From the IMG/VR virus record IMGVR_UViG_3300006467_000276: a stretch of DNA of 64,000 nucleotides. The stretch is one strand, 5' to 3'. The DNA is from an uncultured virus (IMG/VR IMGVR_UViG_3300006467_000276). Its lineage: Duplodnaviria > Heunggongvirae > Uroviricota > Caudoviricetes. This document shows positions 57,414 to 64,000 of this stretch, in pieces. A program made the position numbers and the translations under genes. The notes beneath the pieces are model-generated. The model was not told where the DNA came from. It saw nothing but the letters and a program-made list of their open reading frames with translations, and made no database searches. Every line of letters starts with the position of its first letter. Within the stretch, counting starts at the first letter, position 1.

Positions 57414-58937
57414 TTCTACGTCTACATCAGTTCTAATCCACTGAATTTAGTCGGAATCCCAACTTTCAGCACCTAATTTTTCACTGTCCCAAACAAATCC
57501 AAACACCTGGATTTACTGAACTCTCTTGTTTTCGGTACCATTTTAGCACCTGCGCCCTGCGGCCGACCCGGTACATTTGGTACCATTTTGGTAAGAATTC
57601 CCAGAAAGAATAAATGATCCGCACCAGATCCACCTGTTTATTTTTAATCTGCATCTATTCCATTAGAAGCCTGGGATTCCTCTTTTACAGAATACGGTGG
57701 GATTCGGCGGTGCTTCCGGTGCCGGTTGCGGTTATCTCTTCTTCTACTGGAGAGTCCTAGGCATGTGGTTGCGGTTCTGGTTACGATTACGGTGTTGATT
57801 ATTCTACTACCAGGCTTACCGTTTCCGGTACCGTTAGCTGCCCTGGTACACTGCTATTGGTTTGAGTTTTCTCTACCTTAGGCAGGGACTCTAGTAGGTT
57901 AGAATTTGGATACGGTTACTGGTGACCTGGTGGTTTGTACGGTACTGGCTGTTTCCCTGAAACTCAAAATCAAATCTGAATCCGGTTCGCGGGATTCTGG
58001 TACTGGTGTTGGTTCTGGGACAGGCGAGTACGGTAACGAAAGCGATTCGGTAATGGTTTTGGTGGCGATTAAGCGGATTCAGTAATGGTTTTGGCGGCGA
58101 TTAGCGATTTGAAGCGATTTGATGAGAAGTGGTATCAAAAGCGGCGCCAAACCGCACCACCGCTTTTTCTAGAACCAAGCACACCTACACTACTGCACAA
58201 CCATGCACCGTTGCAAAATCAAACACGCATCTGTGCACTGCCGCAAAATGCAACGCTGCGAAATGCAACATGCAGCAGGACGCTACAGCAAAACGCTACG
58301 CACAGTTTGCGTTGTGTGGTGCGTTTGCAGTGCAGTACGTGCTTTGTGCTGTAAAGTGCTGCGCGAGCAGCACGTGGTGCACTGTGGTGCTTATGCGTGC
58401 GGCTAGCGCTAACGGCTTGGATTGTGTGCAGTGGCTAGCGCTAACTTTGCGCTAACGGCTAGCGCTAGCCACTGTGTGCGTGTTGTGTTGCTGCGCTGCG
58501 CTTGCTCATCAGCAACTCTCATACACTCATTAGCGCTAGCCATTAACGTTAAGCACTAAGCACACACAGCACTACGCACAGCAAGCACAAACGCAGTGCA
58601 GCACTGCGCAGCTATAAGCACAGCAGCACGCTATAATACACGCAATTGCAACGCATACTATGCACGTTGCTGCAACTGCTTATGCTGCTGTAGTGCGTGC
58701 TGCTACGCAAAACATGTACTTGCGTGCACCAACTAAGTGTACCACAGCAAAAACATGCTTTGCATGTTGCTGCAACTGCTTGTGTAGCAGTAACTTACAG
58801 CAAATTGCAAAAAAGCAGCACAAAAAAGCTTGCAATTGCTTGTAGCACTGCGTACAATACACGCAGCAAGCACGCAGCACAGTACGCAGCACTGTACAGC
58901 GTAACACAGCAACCTTCCTAAACAGGAGCACAGCACA
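57414..58937. other. Divergent non-coding control region with repeats and extreme composition
   Basis: No credible ORF; transcription switches strand here; direct repeats, palindromes and a GA/TC-free tract. Confidence 0.75.
58806..58858 (+). promoter_or_regulatory. Sigma-70-like early promoter, copy 1
   Basis: TTGCAA (58830)-17 nt-TACAAT (58853) with upstream A-tracts. Confidence 0.7.
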
Positions 58938-59735
58938 ATGAGCACACGCAGCACAATCACCGAAGAAACCGTCGCCCACAAACAAGCCTGCAAACAGCAG
59001 CTTGAGGTTAATCTCAAAGACTACAACGTCCGCGTAGGCGACAAGATGTACTACAGCAAAAACAGCCGAGAGCTGGTAGTCATCAAAGTCACCAAGCGGC
59101 AGTTCAAATGCCGATACGCAGACGACAACGAACACACGAAAGACACTGTACTCATCTTCGAACTCAGCTCTACTTGGTACGGCCCGACCCTTAGGGGTTC
59201 TAAGTGCTCTTGCACTCGCAGATGGAATGAAAAATCGCGATGGCTCAGCGGCGAATACTGTACTCGAAACAAAGCCTATCTGACAGTCCAATCAATCCGG
59301 AAGGCATCGAGGAGAGCGCGTAAACGAAAAAAACACGAAGAACATCTCGCCAAAATCGCAAAAAGAGAAGCCGAAGAACTGGCTGAACTCAAAGCCGCCA
59401 TCGCTGCGGATGGCGGTGAACTTCGTATTCTGTGCAAAGAACAAACCGATGAGTCCTTGTTTGCTCTCGTAGAGCTGCCGCCGGCTTTGACTGAACAGAG
59501 AATCGAATCCCACTCCCGCAGCGGTGCATGGCGACGAGTATTGGTACACGTACGCCGAGAAAAATGCACTTCATACGGCCTACGCAGCGATGATGGTAGC
59601 GAATACCAATACCGGTGCTCATACCACATGGTAACAGAGAACAACTGCTCCAGCACAAGCAGCAGTGAATTCGACGTTGATGATCTGGATTCTGGGTTGT
59701 GGGCAGCTCTCCGAAACTGCTGGGCACATTGGTAA
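58938..59735 (+). CDS. Hypothetical early protein
   Basis: RBS AGGAG; 265 aa. Confidence 0.75.
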   Translation: MSTRSTITEETVAHKQACKQQLEVNLKDYNVRVGDKMYYSKNSRELVVIKVTKRQFKCRYADDNEHTKDTVLIFELSSTWYGPTLRGSKCSCTRRWNEKSRWLSGEYCTRNKAYLTVQSIRKASRRARKRKKHEEHLAKIAKREAEELAELKAAIAADGGELRILCKEQTDESLFALVELPPALTEQRIESHSRSGAWRRVLVHVRREKCTSYGLRSDDGSEYQYRCSYHMVTENNCSSTSSSEFDVDDLDSGLWAALRNCWAHW

Positions 59736-59864
59736 GGCTCATTGTGCTGGGACGGGAGCTGCACGTCTGTTCGTGCTGTGCAGCGTGCAGCTCCCCGTCC
59801 TTTTACGCATCGCGTCAACAGCAGCACACAGCAACGCACACGTCTTCGCAAAGGAATAAACACG

Positions 59865-60404
59865 ATGACCCAATCAACAACCGCCCAAGCACTCGCCAAC
59901 GAATTGAATGAAGCCTTCACCGAAGCATCAATCTACAGCGCACACGGCTGGAGTTTCGGCAATGCCAACGCCATCGCATCCGGAAATACCGTCACCGTCA
60001 CCGAAGAAGACGGGATTTGGATGATGCAAATTGCCTGCGAGGATGGCGTTCCTGTAATCTCAAAACAACTCAGAGACGACGACGAAGCTGCTTACAACGA
60101 AGCCGCCGACGCTGCAGAATGGTACGAAGATTGGTATACTGAGATGCTCGATCTCGTCCTGGGTTGCTTAGGAGATCCTGTGCAACCTGCGTCCTGTCTC
60201 ACAGCAACAATCCACGATAACTTCAGCGAGGAAGCAGCGTTGCTGTTCGTTGAAGTGCTAAGTGACTACTCGCACCAGATAGCCGCCACAGAATCTGGTG
60301 TTTGCGGTACCAAAACTGAGTCTGCTATACACTGCACGGATCAGATTTTGGTACCAGAAACGGTACCGTGTGCAATTGGAGCGGATGCTGAGGATTGGCT
60401 GTAA
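59865..60404 (+). CDS. Acidic hypothetical early protein
   Basis: Start moved to MTQSTT after AAGGA; Asp/Glu-rich. Confidence 0.7.
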   Translation: MTQSTTAQALANELNEAFTEASIYSAHGWSFGNANAIASGNTVTVTEEDGIWMMQIACEDGVPVISKQLRDDDEAAYNEAADAAEWYEDWYTEMLDLVLGCLGDPVQPASCLTATIHDNFSEEAALLFVEVLSDYSHQIAATESGVCGTKTESAIHCTDQILVPETVPCAIGADAEDWL

Positions 60405-60413
60405 GCTGCATCG

Positions 60414-60545
60414 CAAAAAAAAAACGATAAAGTAGCAGCACAAAAACGCTTGCAATTGCTTGCAACGCTGCTACACTGCACGCAACGCAGCAGCAAACAC
60501 GCTGCAAACAGCAACACAACCTAAACAGAAGCACAGAAAACAATG
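60414..60545 (+). promoter_or_regulatory. Repeated promoter/leader element, copy 2
   Basis: A-tracts, TTGCAA (60450)-16 nt-TACACT (60472) with extended -10 TG; near-identical to 62132-62232. Confidence 0.7.
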
Positions 60546-60758
60546 AGCAACAGACTGATTAAACCTGTCGAGCACCGAATTCGCCAGCTAAACTCAGCCA
60601 TCGTCATTTACAAGAAAGTTCTCGAAGAACTCAAGAATTGGAATGATGCCGAACTTGAAAACGAAAACAACGATGAAGCCACAGATCTCTTGGCTTGGCT
60701 AGAGAGCCTCGACGAAAACAACGATGAAATAATCGCAATTCTTAAAGAATTGCTCTAA
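60543..60758 (+). CDS. Small acidic hypothetical protein
   Basis: 71 aa directly after the promoter repeat. Confidence 0.7.
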   Translation: MSNRLIKPVEHRIRQLNSAIVIYKKVLEELKNWNDAELENENNDEATDLLAWLESLDENNDEIIAILKELL

Positions 60759-60789
60759 GCAGCAGTCTGTTCAACAGGAGCACAGCACA

Positions 60790-61350
60790 ATGAGCACGAT
60801 CTCATTCAAAGAGGCGCAAGCCAAGCAACTGACCAACTATTATCCAGAAAAACTCGAAAAACTCTTCGACCGACCACTCACTCCTCTCGAGATTTTGACT
60901 CGAAAAGACGGTGGATGGCGACGAATTCCTGCAGGCGACAGACTGTGCATGGTTGTCCACTCAGAAGTACTCCCTGATGGAGTACTCCGCCTCTTCGCCG
61001 CCGCCTGCGCAGAACGTGCGATGCTCCAAGAGAGAGCAGCAGGCAGAGAACCCGACCAGCGAAGCTGGGCGGCAGTCTCTGCTGCGAGAGCTTTTGCTGC
61101 TGGTGAGATTACTGAAGAAGAGTTGAAGCAGAAGTCAGAGGCGGCGAAAACTGCTTGGAATGCAGAAGATGCAGCAGCAGAGTGGAGCCTGTCCTCTTCG
61201 GCGGCGTTTTCGGCATGGTCGGCAGCGTGGCACTCAGAATCAATGGTGCCGGCGACCCAATCCGCATGGGCAGCAATATCATCATCGGCAACGATGGCCC
61301 GAGCCGGCCATGCCGTCGCTGTCCTGGCTGCCCTTCTGCGTAGTGAATAA
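60790..61350 (+). CDS. Ala-rich hypothetical phage protein (Imm5-like pattern)
   Basis: LRLFAAACAER...DQRSWAAVSAARAFAAGEITEEEL; RBS AGGAG. Confidence 0.65.
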   Translation: MSTISFKEAQAKQLTNYYPEKLEKLFDRPLTPLEILTRKDGGWRRIPAGDRLCMVVHSEVLPDGVLRLFAAACAERAMLQERAAGREPDQRSWAAVSAARAFAAGEITEEELKQKSEAAKTAWNAEDAAAEWSLSSSAAFSAWSAAWHSESMVPATQSAWAAISSSATMARAGHAVAVLAALLRSE

Positions 61351-61453
61351 GTCCGCAGTCCACAGCAGCAAACACGCTGCAGCACACATCCGCATTTCTT
61401 ACCGCAATCACAATGCACTCTAGTCTCTAGTCTCCGAAAAGGAACCAACACCG

Positions 61454-61732
61454 ATGACCGAAACGACACCGGCACTCGAACCCCAAGGCAAACCGGCTGC
61501 CGTTCTCAGCGAACGTGAACTCGATTTGTACACGGCCATCAACAGCCACTGGAGAGAGAACCTCTCAGCACCGAGTCTGCACGAACTGTGCAGATACACG
61601 GGTCTCAAATCAACGTTCTCTGTTCGTTACTACCTGACCAGACTCATCGAGAAGGGATTTGTTGCCAAAAATCCCAAACAAGCTCGAAGCATCTACACAG
61701 ATCGAGTCCAAAAGGCTCTCTCTTCTCTGTAG
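61454..61732 (+). CDS. Stand-alone LexA-like DNA-binding domain protein
   Basis: LSERE...APSLHELCRYTGLKSTFSVRYYLTRLIEKGFV....QARSI; no peptidase domain. Confidence 0.8.
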   Translation: MTETTPALEPQGKPAAVLSERELDLYTAINSHWRENLSAPSLHELCRYTGLKSTFSVRYYLTRLIEKGFVAKNPKQARSIYTDRVQKALSSL

Positions 61733-61804
61733 GCCGCGGCCTATTCTGCCAGGTCCGGACCAGCCTATTCTGCACCGATTTCGTAGAGACAAGGAACAGA
61801 AATC

Positions 61805-62143
61805 ATGCCGCAATCAACTGCCCAAATCCGCCAAGCCGAGATCAACCGCATATGCGGCCTTGACTCCAACAACGAACACTACCAGCGCGGCATTCGCACT
61901 GGAAACGAATGCGTCTGCATCACCATCTCACTGCACGATGTGTGGTCAGGTGAAGGTAAGAACGGTGCGTCAATTCAGAGCTACGAGAGAATCGGATACC
62001 ACACCGGCAGTATCGATTTTCTATCAGGTGTACTATCCACCGACTGCGAAGTGTTTCGATTCGTCAAGACGGCTGATGGTGTCGAAAAAATCAGAATCAA
62101 AACCAATCCCTACACACAGGCAGTGCAGCAGAAAAAACGATAA
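61805..62143 (+). CDS. Hypothetical protein
   Basis: RBS AAGGA; its stop lies inside the promoter repeat. Confidence 0.65.
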   Translation: MPQSTAQIRQAEINRICGLDSNNEHYQRGIRTGNECVCITISLHDVWSGEGKNGASIQSYERIGYHTGSIDFLSGVLSTDCEVFRFVKTADGVEKIRIKTNPYTQAVQQKKR

Positions 62144-62232
62144 AGTAGCAGCACAAAAACGCTTGCAAGCGTTTGCAACGCTGCTACACTGCACGCCGCA
62201 CAGCAGCAAACACGCTGCACACAGCAACAACC
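62132..62232 (+). promoter_or_regulatory. Repeated promoter/leader element, copy 3
   Basis: TTGCAA (62163)-16 nt-TACACT (62185); near-identical to copy 2. Confidence 0.7.
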
Positions 62233-62266
62233 TCAGCCCGGTGGCCCGGGTGCAACGGAGGCAGAA

Positions 62267-62494
62267 ATGAGAAACATTGTGAATAGCGTATACCTCGTCT
62301 ACCTGCGTGCGGTTCGACGCCGCGAGTTTAGCGCCATCCAGAGTCACTTTGCCCAGTTCAACTGGGCAACAAGTATTCATCTCATCCGCTACGACTGCCC
62401 GTCGTGGAGAGTCTGCATTCACACGACGACTGGCCACCACCAGTGGTCAGTCGACTGCAGACACGGGGTGATTTCAGGATCGCCAGTCCGCTGA
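62267..62494 (+). CDS. Hypothetical protein
   Basis: RBS GGAGG. Confidence 0.5.
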   Translation: MRNIVNSVYLVYLRAVRRREFSAIQSHFAQFNWATSIHLIRYDCPSWRVCIHTTTGHHQWSVDCRHGVISGSPVR

Positions 62495-62644
62495 CACAGC
62501 ACCCGTCGCCGCCCGCGTGGCTGCCGGTCTGCCCCGAGCCGGATCACAGCCACGCGGCACGTCGCGGCGTAATCGTTCCGCCCTGGCGTTGGCCAGCGGC
62601 GGCGGGTCGGGCACTTTCTTCCACTCCTCAAGGAGACCTGGTCG

Positions 62645-63295
62645 ATGAAAACACTCGCATGGCACAATGACCCACAGCTCAAAGCCGACACAATGACTCA
62701 ACTGCGAGCGCATCGCGATGCCGATGAGATCATCCAAGGCACGTATTTCGATGGTCACAAAGGCTGCCATCTCGGCTGCCTGACACACCTGGATTTAGCT
62801 CCACACCAGGCTATTGCAGACAAATTCGGCTTCCCTTTACGAATCGCCTACTGGCTCGAAGCGATTTTCGAGGGGTTGCCAGCAGATCAGTGCGCGTCGT
62901 GGGTGATCGATTCAACAGATGCCATCCCCATCGGTGCTGATCTGTCGCTCGCACATCACGAGTTCGCTGCCTGGCTGCTGGATCCTGCGACCGGCATCTT
63001 GGCGTCCCACAAACTGACAGATCGAGCCGTCGCTGGTGTGCGTGATTTGCATCTTCGAGCGTTGCGAAGCGAACCTGCCACTGACGACGAATGGTCGGCG
63101 GCGGATTCGGCGGCGGCATCGGCGGGGCGGCATCGGCGGGGTGGGCGGCGGCGGCATCGGCGGCGGCATCGGCGGCGGCATCGGCGGCGAGGTCGGCGGC
63201 GAGGTCGGCGGAATCGGCGGCGGAATCGGCGGCGAGGTCGGCGGAATCGGCGGCGGATTCGGCGGCGGCAACGCAGCAGCAACGCAGCAACCTAA
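62645..63295 (+). CDS. Hypothetical phage protein whose Ala/Ser-repeat tail appears frameshifted
   Basis: RBS AGGAG; AHRDADEIIQGTY...GCHLGC N-terminus; the SAAx repeats continue in another frame after ~63127. Confidence 0.6.
   Translation: MKTLAWHNDPQLKADTMTQLRAHRDADEIIQGTYFDGHKGCHLGCLTHLDLAPHQAIADKFGFPLRIAYWLEAIFEGLPADQCASWVIDSTDAIPIGADLSLAHHEFAAWLLDPATGILASHKLTDRAVAGVRDLHLRALRSEPATDDEWSAADSAAASAGRHRRGGRRRHRRRHRRRHRRRGRRRGRRNRRRNRRRGRRNRRRIRRRQRSSNAAT
63094..63270 (+). repeat. Degenerate 9-12 bp GC-rich tandem repeat TCGGCG(GCG)NNN
   Basis: Directly visible; encodes SAA[A/R/E/D]. Confidence 0.85.
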
Positions 63296-63315
63296 ACAGG
63301 AGCACACACAACACA

Positions 63316-63555
63316 ATGAAACTTTCCACTGCCTACGAACTAGGTCGCAAAAACGGCGCGCTCGCAGCACAGCAAGCAGATACCAACGACGTAATAACCA
63401 ACAGCGAATGGATTACTGCTAGTCTCGGTATCATTCCACCAACCCCAGAGCACGAAGCCGCCTGGATAGCAGGCTGCCGAGCAGGCTACCGCTGGGCAAC
63501 CCAAATGCAAAAAGACCAAAGGCAGTACGAAAAGACAATCCGCATCCCAAGATAA
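63316..63555 (+). CDS. Hypothetical protein
   Basis: MKLSTAYELG after the shared AACAGGAGCAC leader. Confidence 0.65.
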   Translation: MKLSTAYELGRKNGALAAQQADTNDVITNSEWITASLGIIPPTPEHEAAWIAGCRAGYRWATQMQKDQRQYEKTIRIPR

Positions 63556-63609
63556 ACTGAACTCGTACAGCAACTCCGCCCTACCTCAGTTTCACAAGGA
63601 ACCGTCTCA

Positions 63610-63882
63610 ATGCGTAAAACTCGCAAGTCTCCGCCCAAGAAATTCACAGCAACCAACAACCGATACGTGCCTCAATTTACCACAGTCGGAGATCCTACTC
63701 TACCTCCGGACACAATGATGAGAGCAGCTATTGAGTGTCTCAACATCTCGCCTCAACTGAGTAATCGAGAACTGCAAGAAGTGCTCAATGATGACGGTTA
63801 CGATGTCAGCGATAACTACCTAGGCACTTTAGCCTGGAAAGCTCGAGTGCGACTGGGTATCCGCCGAGAACGCTGTGCGTAA
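63610..63882 (+). CDS. Hypothetical protein
   Basis: RBS AAGGA. Confidence 0.6.
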   Translation: MRKTRKSPPKKFTATNNRYVPQFTTVGDPTLPPDTMMRAAIECLNISPQLSNRELQEVLNDDGYDVSDNYLGTLAWKARVRLGIRRERCA

Positions 63883-64000
63883 GATTCGGCAGTCTCCACT
63901 CTACCAAAGAAAAGGCTACCACATGACTCCTTGGATTTTGTGGCTCACTCCTGCTCTTGTTGTCCTTGGACTTATCGCTATTCTGTCAACTCCAAGCGAA

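Noticed and set aside
57414..58200. tRNA or known ncRNA in the non-coding region
   Set aside because: No cloverleaf with a T-loop GTTCRA and matching acceptor stem could be built.
58085..59291. Cys/Ala-rich ORFs called in the divergent region
   Set aside because: They arise from TGC/GCA-rich composition that lacks TGA stops; no RBS and no protein-like features.
58806..62232. Repeated intergenic elements as integron attC sites or a CRISPR-like array
   Set aside because: No attC-type inverted core ends and no integrase in the window; they contain promoter boxes and are kilobases apart.
63094..63270. Variable repeat as a diversity-generating retroelement target
   Set aside because: No reverse transcriptase and no TR/VR pair differing at adenines is visible.
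1..64000. Alternative genetic code, integrase/att sites or host flanking genes
   Set aside because: Standard-code ORFs tile the window densely with normal stops; no integrase or bacterial housekeeping genes are seen, so lifestyle cannot be determined.

Overview
This window is a 64-kb piece of a tailed dsDNA phage or prophage genome, probably siphovirus-like; a Planctomycetota host is a tentative inference from gene content. Bases 1-57.4 kb are almost all minus-strand genes. In transcription order they are: small accessory ORFs and a beta-class DNA methyltransferase; a likely terminase small subunit, a nucleotide-sugar epimerase and the terminase large subunit; a cassette of secreted/membrane proteins (MMP-like zinc protease, thioredoxin, TM-PAS protein); LamG and other accessory virion proteins; head-tail, portal, Mu-F-like, prohead protease and HK97 major capsid genes; tail tube, tail chaperones with a clear -1 frameshift signal, tape measure and Cys-rich tail-tip proteins; a 14-gene glycan cluster (glycosyltransferases, KdsB-like cytidylyltransferase, Maf-like protein, 4 methyltransferases, 2 sulfotransferase-like, cupin); then a sigma-like factor, SNF2 helicase, primase, DUF932, replication initiator with internal iteron-like palindromes and DnaB helicase. 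A ~1.5-kb non-coding divergent region (57.4-58.9 kb) contains a 389-bp tract with no GA or TC dinucleotide. Plus-strand early-type genes follow, separated by repeated promoter/RBS elements. The best candidate for a new system is three poly-serine proteins in the morphogenesis region, one almost entirely Ser, together with the co-oriented glycosylation cluster: a putative phage-encoded mucin-like virion glycan coat. All product calls come from motif recognition by eye; no database searches were run.
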